From the NCBI GenBank assembly GCA_965206275.1, contig OZ242203.1, forward strand, positions 1,123,190-1,187,189: a DNA stretch of 64,000 bases, in the 5' to 3' direction. The notes beneath the pieces were generated by a model. The model was not told the DNA's origin. It did not search any database and was given only the letters and a program-made list of their open reading frames with translations. The DNA is from Dehalococcoidia bacterium. GTDB lineage: Bacteria > Chloroflexota > Dehalococcoidia > UBA6926. The first letter of the stretch is position 1; each line of letters opens with the position of its first letter. The position numbers were made by a program, and so were the translations under genes. Of this stretch, positions 49,994-59,763 are shown in pieces.

Positions 49994-50887
49994 ATGATTC
50001 GCACAGGATATGTTGCCGTTGTTGGGCGGCCCAACGTTGGGAAATCGACGCTCGTCAACAATCTGGTGGGGACGCGGCTGGCCGCCGTCAGCCCCAAGCC
50101 CCAGACCTCGCGTTATCGCATCCTTGCCGTCCTGCACGGTGATGATTTCCAGGTGGGGCTGCTGGACACGCCGGGGCGTCCGGCCGAGCCGCGTGTGGAT
50201 GCCCTGAGCCGCAGGATGCTGCGCGAGACACGGCAGGCATTGGAGATTGCCGACCTGGCAGTGCTGGTATCCGCGCCACGCACCGCGGGAGACGTTGAAG
50301 AGACGTTGCTCGAAGAGATCAAGGCACAGGACATACCGGCCATCGTTGCAATCAACAAGCTTGATACCGTGCGCAAGGGCGCCCTCTTGCCGGTTATTGA
50401 GGACTACAACGAACTGTATGGCGGGTTTCGGGACATCATTCCCGTCAGCGCCCTCACAGGAGACGGGCTGGACAGTCTCCTGGAGCGCATCATCGCCAAC
50501 CTGCCGGAGCAGGAGCCGCTCTTCGATCCGTCCACGCTGACCGACCGCTCGGAGGCGTTCCTGATATCCGAGTTGATACGGGAGGGCGTGTTTGCGGTCT
50601 ACGGCGATGAGGTGCCCTACGCGACCGCCGTTGAGGTGGAAAAGCATGTGCCGCGAGACCCGGAACACGGAGACAAGGACTTCATCGAGGCGAGTGTCTA
50701 TGTTGAGCGGGTCTCGCAGCGGGGAATCGTCGTTGGCAAGGGAGGGCAGGCGCTCAAGGATGTGGGCGTGCGCGTTCGGCCTCTTATCGAGGAGTTGCTG
50801 GGCCGCCCGGTGATGCTGTCGTTGTGGGCGCGCACGAGGCCGCGGTGGCGTCGTGACGACCGTTTTCTCAGGTCTCTGGAGGAATAA
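49994..50887 (+). CDS. era: GTPase Era
   Basis: GRPNVGKSTL, DTPG, NKLD, EVPY, KH domain VVGKGG. Confidence 0.93.
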   Translation: MIRTGYVAVVGRPNVGKSTLVNNLVGTRLAAVSPKPQTSRYRILAVLHGDDFQVGLLDTPGRPAEPRVDALSRRMLRETRQALEIADLAVLVSAPRTAGDVEETLLEEIKAQDIPAIVAINKLDTVRKGALLPVIEDYNELYGGFRDIIPVSALTGDGLDSLLERIIANLPEQEPLFDPSTLTDRSEAFLISELIREGVFAVYGDEVPYATAVEVEKHVPRDPEHGDKDFIEASVYVERVSQRGIVVGKGGQALKDVGVRVRPLIEELLGRPVMLSLWARTRPRWRRDDRFLRSLEE

Positions 50888-50889
50888 GC

Positions 50890-51513
50890 CTACCCGCTCC
50901 GCCCGTAAAGACGGTGAGCCGTGATGTACTTCAGGACTGTCTCCGGCACCACTCCACGCAGGTTTGCGCCGGTCTCCAGCATGTCGCGGATGGACGACGA
51001 GCTGACGTCCATGCGGGGGGCATCTTCGAGAACGGTGACCCTTTCGCGCAGGCCGGGGATGGCGTTATAAGCCGCAGTGAGGTCGGGGCGTCCCGCGCCA
51101 TCCACACGGGGCATGGCGATGAAGCGGCACAGGGGCACGAGTTCCTGCGGATTGTGCCAGCGGGGGAGATCCGCCACGGAGTCTTCGCCAAGGATGAAGT
51201 AATGCTCCCTGTCCGACGACAAGTTTTCCCGGAGTTCCCGGAGTGTCTCGACCGTGTACGTGGGGCCGGGGCGCGTGACTTCCATGTCGGACACCACGAA
51301 ATCGGGATCTGAGCTTATCAAAAGGTGCGTCATGGCGAGGCGGTCTATAGCGGGGGCTACATCCTGCCCCTCCTTGAGCCACTGCTCGCCGGCCGGTATG
51401 AAGAGCACGCTGTCCAGGCCGACGCGGTCCTTCGCCTCACGCGCAATCATCAGGTGGCCGGCATGGGGAGGATCAAAGCTGCCGCCCAGGATGCCGACGC
51501 GACTCACCGCCAC
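50890..51513 (-). CDS. nadD: nicotinate-nucleotide adenylyltransferase
   Basis: GGSFDPPHAGH, YTVETL, FILGED, VSSSSIR. Confidence 0.93.
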   Translation of the reverse strand: MAVSRVGILGGSFDPPHAGHLMIAREAKDRVGLDSVLFIPAGEQWLKEGQDVAPAIDRLAMTHLLISSDPDFVVSDMEVTRPGPTYTVETLRELRENLSSDREHYFILGEDSVADLPRWHNPQELVPLCRFIAMPRVDGAGRPDLTAAYNAIPGLRERVTVLEDAPRMDVSSSSIRDMLETGANLRGVVPETVLKYITAHRLYGRSG

Positions 51514-52784
51514 ATCACCTCGGTTTCGCCGATCAGGACCCAGTCGCCGGGCTCCGCGCCAGCCCGTTCAAGCGCATCAATTGCGCCGATGTGGCCAAGC
51601 TCCCGCCAGAACTGCGCGGCGACGGCCATGTCCGTAAGGTCGATGCCATCCGTGAGGCGCTCAATCCTGGGGTGCCTGAGCCGCCACACTCCCTCTTCCT
51701 CTGCCTCCACGACCGGCATGATGCGATCCGGCTCGGGCCGGAGGATGACTTCCGGTTCCTCTGTCACGGGGGTCGGCGCTCTCTTTCGCGCCTCCCTTTC
51801 GGTTTCCACGCGGGTGTACGCGGCCCGCATCAGCTCCGTCACACCTTCGCCAGTGACGGCAGACACCGCGAACACCTCGTCCACACCCTCAGCAGCGAAC
51901 GAGGTCCGGAGCTCCGACAGCTGTTCCTGGACCTCGGGCATGTCGATTTTGTTGATTGCGACTATCTGCGGCTTCTCCTCAAGCTGAGCCTCATGGAGGG
52001 CAAGTTCGTTGTTGATGCTGCGCCACGCGTCGAGCACGTCCGGGAGGCTACCGTCGATGATGTGAATGAGAATTGCGGTTCGCTCCACGTGGCGCAGGAA
52101 CTGATCGCCAAGTCCCTTGCCCTCGTGCGCCCCCTCGATAAGCCCCGGTATGTCCGCGAGGACGAAGCTGCTCCACCCGACATCCACGACGCCGAGGTTC
52201 GGCTCCGTCGTTGTAAACGCGTAGGACGCCACACGCGGATTCGCGCCGGAACTGCTGGCCAGCAGGCTGGACTTGCCGGCATTGGGAAGACCGACGAGAC
52301 CCACGTCAGCAAGGAGTTTCAGATCCAGTTGGACATCCACTTCCTCGCCGGGCTCGCCACCCTCCGCAAGTCGCGGTGCGCGATTCGTTGAACTCGTGAA
52401 GCGCACGTTGCCCCGGCCTCCGCTCCCACCCTTCGCGACCACAACGCTCGCTCCATTCGACTCCAAATCCACCGTGCCGGCGCCCTTCTCGCCAGTCCAC
52501 GTCACAATCGTCCCAACAGGAACCGACAACACAAGATTCCCGCCCATCTTCCCTGTCTGCTTCTTACGACGTCCGGGTTCCCCGTTCTGAGCCGCATATC
52601 GAATCTGGCGGCCATAGTCCTGTAACGTCATCAGGTTCTCGTCCGCCCGAAACACCACACTGCCGCCCTCGCCGCCATCACCGCCGTCAGGACCACCGAA
52701 CGGCACATACTTCTCGCGTCGAAAGGAAACTGCTCCACGGCCACCATTTCCACCACAGACATGGATTTGAGCTTGGTCAATCAT
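51504..52784 (-). CDS. obgE: GTPase ObgE
   Basis: FRREKYVPFGGPDGGDGG, GLPNAGKSS, DIPGLIEGA, C-terminal OCT domain. Confidence 0.96.
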   Translation of the reverse strand: MIDQAQIHVCGGNGGRGAVSFRREKYVPFGGPDGGDGGEGGSVVFRADENLMTLQDYGRQIRYAAQNGEPGRRKKQTGKMGGNLVLSVPVGTIVTWTGEKGAGTVDLESNGASVVVAKGGSGGRGNVRFTSSTNRAPRLAEGGEPGEEVDVQLDLKLLADVGLVGLPNAGKSSLLASSSGANPRVASYAFTTTEPNLGVVDVGWSSFVLADIPGLIEGAHEGKGLGDQFLRHVERTAILIHIIDGSLPDVLDAWRSINNELALHEAQLEEKPQIVAINKIDMPEVQEQLSELRTSFAAEGVDEVFAVSAVTGEGVTELMRAAYTRVETEREARKRAPTPVTEEPEVILRPEPDRIMPVVEAEEEGVWRLRHPRIERLTDGIDLTDMAVAAQFWRELGHIGAIDALERAGAEPGDWVLIGETEVMWR

Positions 52785-52790
52785 TCTCAA

Positions 52791-52977
52791 AGGATATATG
52801 TAGATGATTAGTTATACTCCGGTTAACGCTGTGGACATAGTGGATGAAGTATTGAGTTGAGAAGGGGATGGGTGGTGGATTCCGCGTGGAATCCATGTGG
52901 AAAAGCGGTGGAAACCCGCCGTGTGCGGCGCAGGGTTGGTGGAAAGATTTGAATTATTGGCCGGTGAATGTGGAAGA
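52791..52977. other. probable replication origin (oriC)
   Basis: Directly downstream of dnaA; eight co-oriented nGTGGAnnn DnaA-box-like sites next to an AT-rich patch (GATATATGTAGATGATTAGTTATA). Confidence 0.7.
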
Positions 52978-54324
52978 AGCGATCTGGATGATGGCTTCGG
53001 CGTCAGCGCGGAGCCGTGCGTCTGTGGATAGCGCACGCTCCATGCGGCGAATGCTGTGCATCACGGTAGTGTGATCGCGGTTGCCGAACGCCTTGCCAAT
53101 GTAGGCGAGGGAGTGGTCCGTGTGGCGGCTGGCGAGGAAGACGGCGAGGTGCCGCGCTTCGGCTGTCGGACGGGCCCGGCTGCGGCCGGTGATGTCTGCC
53201 GGGGTGAGTTGGCGATAGGCGGCTGTGGTCCGGATGATGGCCTCGATAGTCAGTGGAACAGGATCCGGGTTCGTCGACGCAGCGGACAGGGCCTGGCGAG
53301 CGAGTTCGAGAGTAAGCGGCTCGCTAAGCAAGGTTGCATGGGCGATGACGCGTGTGAGTTCACCCTCCAGATGGTTGATGCTGGAGAACTGACGTGTGGC
53401 CAGGTAGGCGAGGACATCGTCCGGAGTTTCGAGGTCATAGCGCGCCGCATTGAAGGCGAGGATGCTGAGGCGGGCGCGCCTGTTCGGCGGCCTCACGTCA
53501 ACGGCCAGGCCGGCGTGTAGGCGGGCTGCAAGGCGAGGGTTCCTAAAGCTCAGGGCATCCGGCGCCCTGTCCGCGGAGACGACAATCTGCTGACCTGCTC
53601 GCAAGAGCGCCCCGAACGTGTGCAGCAGCGCCTCTTCGCTCTTGACCTTGCCGCAGATGAACTGGACGTCGTCAATGACCAGGATTTCCGGAGAGCGGTA
53701 GCGCTCCCTGAACCCTGCCGTCGTCTTCTGCTGGACGGACGTGACGTAGTCGTGGACGAACTGCTCTGATGGCGCGAGGAGCGTGGTGCGGCCATTCCCC
53801 TGCGCCTCGTTGGCGATCGCGTGAAGCAGGTGGGTTTTGCCGAGGCCGGGCGCGCCGTACAGAACCAAGGGGTTATAGTCGCGGATATGATCATTCGCGA
53901 CCTTTGTCGCGGCGGCATAGGCGAGCTTGTTGTTGTCACCGACGACGAAGCGGTCAAAGGTGAACTGCGGGTCCGGTCTCACTCCGATGGCGAAGGAGGA
54001 ACCGGCGCGAGCGGGTCTCTCAACCGCCGATTCCAGCGCAGCAGGCTCAACGGGCTGTGGGAGCGGCGCATCGGATGCCACCTCCAGGACGACAGTGACC
54101 GGGCGCTTGAGCACATCAGAGATAGTGCGCTCCATGATGGGAAGCAGGGAGCCCTGGACCCAATGCTGGACATACTCGCTTGGAACGGAGACGGTGAGCT
54201 CATCACTGGTGAGGGTAACGCCGACAGTGCCCGCCAGCCACATGTTGTACGCGGCTACGCTCATCTGCTTGCGAAGGCGGCCGAGGGCCTCCTCCCATAT
54301 GTCGCGCACAGACCGATCGGGCAT
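52954..54324 (-). CDS. dnaA: chromosomal replication initiator DnaA
   Basis: FTFDRFVVG..N, YNPL.LYG.PGLGKTHL, IDDVQF, RDHTTVMHS. Confidence 0.95.
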   Translation of the reverse strand: MPDRSVRDIWEEALGRLRKQMSVAAYNMWLAGTVGVTLTSDELTVSVPSEYVQHWVQGSLLPIMERTISDVLKRPVTVVLEVASDAPLPQPVEPAALESAVERPARAGSSFAIGVRPDPQFTFDRFVVGDNNKLAYAAATKVANDHIRDYNPLVLYGAPGLGKTHLLHAIANEAQGNGRTTLLAPSEQFVHDYVTSVQQKTTAGFRERYRSPEILVIDDVQFICGKVKSEEALLHTFGALLRAGQQIVVSADRAPDALSFRNPRLAARLHAGLAVDVRPPNRRARLSILAFNAARYDLETPDDVLAYLATRQFSSINHLEGELTRVIAHATLLSEPLTLELARQALSAASTNPDPVPLTIEAIIRTTAAYRQLTPADITGRSRARPTAEARHLAVFLASRHTDHSLAYIGKAFGNRDHTTVMHSIRRMERALSTDARLRADAEAIIQIASSTFTGQ

Positions 54325-54583
54325 CGAAACGCTGTCTCCTCCCCACCGAGAACGGCCTCGATTGTCCGTGTGACAGCCCTACGCGAGCGTGGAGGGCACG
54401 CCGTAGACGGGTAGTGTCGCTGGCGCATCGATCCGCAAGAACCTACGTTAACACCCGCTTAGCGAAGGGCGTCGAGACGGTAGAAACGCAAACCGTCATG
54501 GTGCCCATGAATGAGTCAATGGGGCGCGCGTCCAAGCCATTGCGGCAGACTCCCAATACCTCAATAATTCGAGGGTACCCATA

Positions 54584-55582
54584 TTGAGCAACCCCCTCGC
54601 GACGGAGAAAATGGCGGAGAATTCTCGGATCATCTTTTGCGGCACGGCGGAATTTGCCGTGCCGACGCTCGACGCGCTGATGACGTCGGAGAATCGGCCC
54701 GTCGCCGTGCTGACGCGTCCGGATCAGCCGGCAGGACGCGGTCGGCGTCCAAGGCAATCGCCCGTCAAGGAACGCGCCGAGCAATATGGTCTCGAGGTGC
54801 TGGAGCCAACAACGCTCCGCTCGGAGGAAGAAGCTGAACGCATACGAGCGTTTGAACCAACCGTCATCGTAACGGCGGCCTACGGGCTGATTTTCCCGCG
54901 CAACTTGCTGGACATCCCGCCGCGCGGCGCAGTCAACATTCACCCATCCCTGTTGCCCCGCCACCGCGGACCCGCGCCAGTAGTGTGGACGCTCCTCGAG
55001 GGCGACGAGAACGCCGGTATCAGCATCTTCCTGCTGGAGGAGGGAGTCGATACGGGCCCGCTGTTGAGCCGGCGTGTGGTGCCGATTCGCTCCGGTGAGA
55101 CCGCCGGCGAGCTGACTGAACGGCTTTCGCAGTTGGGCGCGGCGCTCTTGGTGGAGACGCTGGGGAGCTGGCTTGATGGGTCTATAGCACCCGAGGCACA
55201 GGACCACGACATGGCTACGCAATCGCGCATGCTGAAGAAGGGTGACGGCGTGCTGGATTGGAATAGCCCAGCGCAAGAGCTTGAACGGCGTGTTCTGGCC
55301 ATGACGCCATGGCCGGGCGCGCACACGACTCTCGCGGGCAAGCGGCTGAACATCCGCCGCGCCATCGCCCTTCCGCCGGAATACGACCCGAGAGGAGCCG
55401 CCCCCGGGCAGGTGGTGCGCCTCAGGCGCTCAGAGGACGGCGGCGGCATGGGTGTCGCCATCGGCACCGGTGAGGGCCTGCTTGAGCTCCTTGAGGTGCA
55501 GGCGGAGGGGCGACGGACGATTCCCGCCCGTGATTTCGCGCGAGGCAGCGCGGACTTTATCGGCGCAACGCTGCCGAGTTAG
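54584..55582 (+). CDS. fmt: methionyl-tRNA formyltransferase
   Basis: GTAEFA, TRPD..GRG, NIHPSLLP.HRGPAP, DTGP, PWPGA; start may be ATG 54611. Confidence 0.93.
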   Translation: MSNPLATEKMAENSRIIFCGTAEFAVPTLDALMTSENRPVAVLTRPDQPAGRGRRPRQSPVKERAEQYGLEVLEPTTLRSEEEAERIRAFEPTVIVTAAYGLIFPRNLLDIPPRGAVNIHPSLLPRHRGPAPVVWTLLEGDENAGISIFLLEEGVDTGPLLSRRVVPIRSGETAGELTERLSQLGAALLVETLGSWLDGSIAPEAQDHDMATQSRMLKKGDGVLDWNSPAQELERRVLAMTPWPGAHTTLAGKRLNIRRAIALPPEYDPRGAAPGQVVRLRRSEDGGGMGVAIGTGEGLLELLEVQAEGRRTIPARDFARGSADFIGATLPS

Positions 55583-58500
55583 CCAGTCTTTTCCACCCCG
55601 ATGGTGACGGTGGCCTCGTCCAGCTTGACGGTATTGGTGGCCGCGCCGTCGCCTGGCGCGGTCTGCAAGATGTCCACCGAAAGGGTTTCCTGCCGGACGT
55701 AGTCGCCGAAGTCGGACAGCGCGCCCGCCACACCGTCCCCGTCACCTGAAACGTAGGCGGTGATGCGGTCGGAAACATCCAGCCCGGCGGTGCGGCGTAG
55801 TTCCTGCAGATGGCGCACGAGTTCACGTGCCAGTCCCTCGCGTTCAAGCTCAGTTGTGATTTCCGTGTTCAACGCGACGGTATAGATACCCTCCGCGCCG
55901 GAGATGAACCCCTCGCGGTCAGACGTATCAACAAGCAAGTCCTCATGCGAAAGCTCGAAACCGGCCAGTTCCTGCGATTGCTCATCGCGGACGCGTGCGG
56001 CGACGGTGTTGAGGTCGGCGTCGGACAGGCCTTCGATATGGGTTGTCAGTTTCGGCAGATCACCACCGAGGCGGCGTCCGAGGTTCTGCAGATTCGGGCG
56101 CACGCGGACGGAGAGGAAAGCCGATTCGTCATCGACAGGACTAACAGCCTTGACGTTCAGCTCTTCCAGCAGCTGATCCTCGATGCGTGCCAGCGATTCA
56201 CGGTCGGCTCGCCCGGGCAGCATGACCAACATCTCCTGCAGCGGCTGCCTGACCTTGATTTGGGCCCGGCCCCGAACGGCGCGGCCCAGGCTGGAGAGGC
56301 GCATGGCAAGCCTCACGTCCGCCTCCGTCTGTTCGTCGCGCAGGGCGTCGTCCACTTGCGGCCATTCGGCGAGATGGACGCTCTCCGGCTCATCGTCAGC
56401 GAGAGAGGAGACCAGGTTGCGATGCATGTGCTCTGCGACAAACGGCGTGAACGGCGCGAGGAGGCGCGAGAGGGTCGTCAGCACCTCGTAGAGCGTGTGA
56501 TAGGCTGCCGCCTTGTCCGCGTCGTTGTCGGACTTCCAGAAACGGCGGCGGTTGCGCCGCACGTACCACGTGGAGAGCTCGTCCACGAACGACTCAATCG
56601 CGTGTGTCGCCTCCATCACCTCGTACCGCTCCATTGCGTCTGTTACGGCGGCGATGAGGCTTTGCAGGCGGGAAACGAGCCAGCGGTCGAGCAGGGGGCG
56701 ATCTGCCAAAGGCGGCACGGGCGTGGAGACGGGGTCAAAGCCGTCCACGTTGGCGTACGTCACGAAGAAGCTGTAGGTGTTCCACAACGGCAGCAGGAAC
56801 CGCCGGACTGTGTCCCCAACGAGGTTGGCGGAGAAGCGGCGGGCGTTGCCCGGCGTCGACGCCGTGTACATGTACCAGCGCAGGGCGTCCGCGCCGCGGG
56901 CCTCAAGGATGTCCCATGGCTCCACCACATTACCGCGCGACTTGGACATCTTCTCGCCGGCCTCGTCCAGGATGTGGCCGAGCGAGAGGACGTTCTTGTA
57001 CGCCGGGCGGTCGAACAGTAGGACGGCAAGCGCGTGCAGGGTATAGAACCAGCCCCGTGTCTGGTCGACACCTTCGCAGATATAGTCGGCCATCTGTTGC
57101 TGCTCAAAGACAGCAGTATTCTCGAACGGGTAGTGCCACTGTGCGACGGGCATCGCGCCGGAGTCGTACCACGCGTCCATCACCTCGGGGATGCGCCGAT
57201 ATGTGCCAGCGCACGAATCGCAGCTAAACGTCACGTCATCGATGAACGGCCGGTGAAGATCCATGCCGGCGGTGTAGCCCGCAAGACCGGGTTGCCCGGC
57301 CAACTGCTCGACGCTGCCAATTGCCGTCGGATCGCCGCAGGCGTCGCAGAGCCACAGGGGAATCGGGGTGCCCCAATAGCGCTCCCGGGAGAGCGCCCAA
57401 TCCACGTTGTTCTGCAGCCACTCGCCGAACCGGCCCTCGCCGATGTGCTCCGGCACCCAGCCGATCTCGCGGTTGGCGGAGATGAGCCTGTCCTTGAGAG
57501 CCGTCGTGCGGATATACCAGGACTCCTTGGCGTAGTACAGGAGCGGCGCATCGCAGCGCCAGCAGAAGGGATAGGTGTGGGTCATCGTGCCGCCGCGCAG
57601 GAGCAAGCCGCGCTCATCCAGGTCGGCTGCAATATCAGGGTCGGCGTCCTTGAAGAACTTGCCCGACCACGGGATGCCGTCGTAGTCGAGCATTGCGCCA
57701 TCGATGTTGACGGTATGAACGACGGGCAGGCCCTCGGCATTGCCAACACTCAAGTCCTCCGCGCCGTATGCGGGCGCGATGTGAACGATGCCCGTGCCCT
57801 CTGTGAGGAGGACGAAATCAGCGGAGACGACCTTGCCTGCGTAGCCGTCCGGCACTGCATAGTCAAAGAGTGGGTCATAGGTGAGGCCGACCAATTCTCT
57901 GCCGGAGAACTCACCGACGATTTCGTAGTCGCCCTCAAGCGCCTGATCCGTGAGCGCATCGGCAAGAATCAGCCTTTCCTTGCTGCCGTCCTTGCCCCAT
58001 GGCCCCTCGGCAATGACGTATCGCGCGCCGACCGCGACGGCCAGGCCGGTATTGCCCGGTAGCGTCCAGGGCGTCGTCGTCCATGCCAGCAGGTAGGCGG
58101 GCGAGCCGCCCTCACCCAGCAGTTCCCGTGCCTTGTCAGTGTCTTGGATGCGGAACTTGATGTGGACGGACGGGTCCTCCGCGTCGTCCTTGTAGCCCAA
58201 GGCGACCTCATGGGAACTGAGAGACGTCACGCACCGCGGGCAGTGCGGCGTCACGCGGTAGCCCTGGTAGATGAGGTCCTTGTCCCAGAGCTGATTGAAG
58301 ATCCACCATCCGGACTCGATGTACTCGTTGGAATAAGTCACATACGGATCGTCCATGTCGACCCAGAACGCGATGCGCTCCGACAGCGATTCCCAGTCCT
58401 GCACGTAGCGGAAAACACTCTCCTTGCACTTCTCGTTGAACTTCGCGATGCCGTAGGCCTCGATGTCGCGCTTGGTGGAGAGATTCAGTTCCGCCTCAAC

Positions 58501-58788
58501 GGCAAGCTCCACCGGCAGCCCATGCGTGTCCCAGCCTCCCTTGCGGGGCACCTGGTAGCCCTGCATGGTCTTGAAGCGGGGAATGACGTCCTTGAACACA
58601 CGGGCGAGAACATGGTGGACGCCGGGCGCGCCATTAGCCGTCGGGGGGCCCTCGAAGAACGTGAAGATCGGACCGTCCTCGCGCTCCTTCATGGAGCGAC
58701 GAAAGATATCCTTGTCCTTCCAGAACTGCAGCACGTCTCGCTCCATGTCCGGAAACGAGACCTTGCTGGATACGGGCTCAAAGGGCAT
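55579..58788 (-). CDS. ileS: isoleucine--tRNA ligase, type 2
   Basis: EGPPTANG.PGVHH, GWDTHGLPVE, DWALSRERYWGTP, DQTRGWFY, KMSKS; IleRS2-type C-terminus. Confidence 0.95.
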   Translation of the reverse strand: MPFEPVSSKVSFPDMERDVLQFWKDKDIFRRSMKEREDGPIFTFFEGPPTANGAPGVHHVLARVFKDVIPRFKTMQGYQVPRKGGWDTHGLPVELAVEAELNLSTKRDIEAYGIAKFNEKCKESVFRYVQDWESLSERIAFWVDMDDPYVTYSNEYIESGWWIFNQLWDKDLIYQGYRVTPHCPRCVTSLSSHEVALGYKDDAEDPSVHIKFRIQDTDKARELLGEGGSPAYLLAWTTTPWTLPGNTGLAVAVGARYVIAEGPWGKDGSKERLILADALTDQALEGDYEIVGEFSGRELVGLTYDPLFDYAVPDGYAGKVVSADFVLLTEGTGIVHIAPAYGAEDLSVGNAEGLPVVHTVNIDGAMLDYDGIPWSGKFFKDADPDIAADLDERGLLLRGGTMTHTYPFCWRCDAPLLYYAKESWYIRTTALKDRLISANREIGWVPEHIGEGRFGEWLQNNVDWALSRERYWGTPIPLWLCDACGDPTAIGSVEQLAGQPGLAGYTAGMDLHRPFIDDVTFSCDSCAGTYRRIPEVMDAWYDSGAMPVAQWHYPFENTAVFEQQQMADYICEGVDQTRGWFYTLHALAVLLFDRPAYKNVLSLGHILDEAGEKMSKSRGNVVEPWDILEARGADALRWYMYTASTPGNARRFSANLVGDTVRRFLLPLWNTYSFFVTYANVDGFDPVSTPVPPLADRPLLDRWLVSRLQSLIAAVTDAMERYEVMEATHAIESFVDELSTWYVRRNRRRFWKSDNDADKAAAYHTLYEVLTTLSRLLAPFTPFVAEHMHRNLVSSLADDEPESVHLAEWPQVDDALRDEQTEADVRLAMRLSSLGRAVRGRAQIKVRQPLQEMLVMLPGRADRESLARIEDQLLEELNVKAVSPVDDESAFLSVRVRPNLQNLGRRLGGDLPKLTTHIEGLSDADLNTVAARVRDEQSQELAGFELSHEDLLVDTSDREGFISGAEGIYTVALNTEITTELEREGLARELVRHLQELRRTAGLDVSDRITAYVSGDGDGVAGALSDFGDYVRQETLSVDILQTAPGDGAATNTVKLDEATVTIGVEKTG

Positions 58789-58920
58789 CAGCCGTCTACC
58801 TGCCTGCTATTTCTTGAGTCGTTTGGTCTCGGGAAAGGCCCGAATTGACATTCCATTGTGGAAAACGGCAATCAACAACGTCAAGCGCGCAGGTGTGCAG
58901 GCTATCTGAAGTAGGCTCCG

Positions 58921-59160
58921 TCACCAGCTTGTCGGGCTCTGCGATGGTGATGTTGAAGGCTCCTCGTCCGCAAGGCGACCGAACGCGAAATAGGCCAGCG
59001 CGCCGGGGAGCAGCAGCAGTATGACAATCACCCACAGCCAGCGGTTGCCGCCTCGCACCCGCTTGCGCTTGCCGAGATCACGCCCCGCGGCAACCTGAAC
59101 GGCGATTTGAATGGCCACATAAGCCAGCAGAATCACCAGCACGAGGACGGCCTGAGACAT
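58921..59160 (-). CDS. small membrane protein, PLDc_N-like
   Basis: Two TM with D...R.RVRGGNRWLWVIVILL.PGALAYF.FGR. Confidence 0.75.
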   Translation of the reverse strand: MSQAVLVLVILLAYVAIQIAVQVAAGRDLGKRKRVRGGNRWLWVIVILLLLPGALAYFAFGRLADEEPSTSPSQSPTSW

Positions 59161-59171
59161 GGTGGGGATTC

Positions 59172-59486
59172 CTATTCAACAACGACGGCGGTGCCGTAGG
59201 CGAGTAGCTCAGCCGCCCCGGACATGACCATAGACGTGGAGAAGCGCAGGGCGATGACAGCATTCGCGCCCATCTCCTCGGCACGCTGCTCCATCCGGTG
59301 CAGGGCTTCCGCGCGGGATTCCGCCATGAGCTTGGCGTATTCCGGCACCTCGCCCCCGACGATGTTGCGAAACGCGGCGGTAATGTCACGCCCCACGTTG
59401 CGGGCACGCACAGAGTTGCCGTAGACGACACCTTTTGTCTCCGTGATGGTCATGCCGGGGATATCGTTCGATGTGACCGTGATCAT
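59172..59486 (-). CDS. YbjQ-family (UPF0145) protein
   Basis: RNIVGGE..EY, GANAVI..RF, AYGTAV. Confidence 0.92.
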   Translation of the reverse strand: MITVTSNDIPGMTITETKGVVYGNSVRARNVGRDITAAFRNIVGGEVPEYAKLMAESRAEALHRMEQRAEEMGANAVIALRFSTSMVMSGAAELLAYGTAVVVE

Positions 59487-59713
59487 GGCTGCGCCTCCTC
59501 ATACCGACGGACCTCGGCGCTCTTTCGCTCACGCAGCCGATCCCAGATGGCCTTGACCAGCAGTACGAGCGCGCCTATGACAATTGTCGGCAGGCCGATT
59601 CTCATGATGATGGGCACCTCGTCCGTGAGCACGATGAAACGCACCATCGTATATGCCCCATAGCCGCCGACCATCACGATGCCCACCAGGAGCAATGTCA
59701 GGCCCAATTTCAT
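59483..59713 (-). CDS. small two-TM membrane protein
   Basis: Two hydrophobic helices, charged tail, ATGA overlap with the YbjQ gene. Confidence 0.7.
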   Translation of the reverse strand: MKLGLTLLLVGIVMVGGYGAYTMVRFIVLTDEVPIIMRIGLPTIVIGALVLLVKAIWDRLRERKSAEVRRYEEAQP

Positions 59714-59763
59714 AGCAGTGTCTCCTCCGCCTGCGTCACATGATACGCGCCATGCGGGGTGAA

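Noticed and set aside
54440-54560. c-di-GMP-I-like riboswitch between dnaA and fmt (GCGAA...ACGCAAA)
   Set aside because: Only fragmentary resemblance; the required stems could not be built by eye, so an Rfam scan would be needed
55810-58848. Long plus-strand ORFs (403, 342, 234 aa) opposite ileS, and similar antisense ORFs elsewhere
   Set aside because: Shadow frames expected from high-GC codon bias opposite real genes; no recognisable motifs
58789-58920. T-box leader upstream of ileS
   Set aside because: Leader too short and no AGGGTGGNACCGCG T-box sequence or terminator
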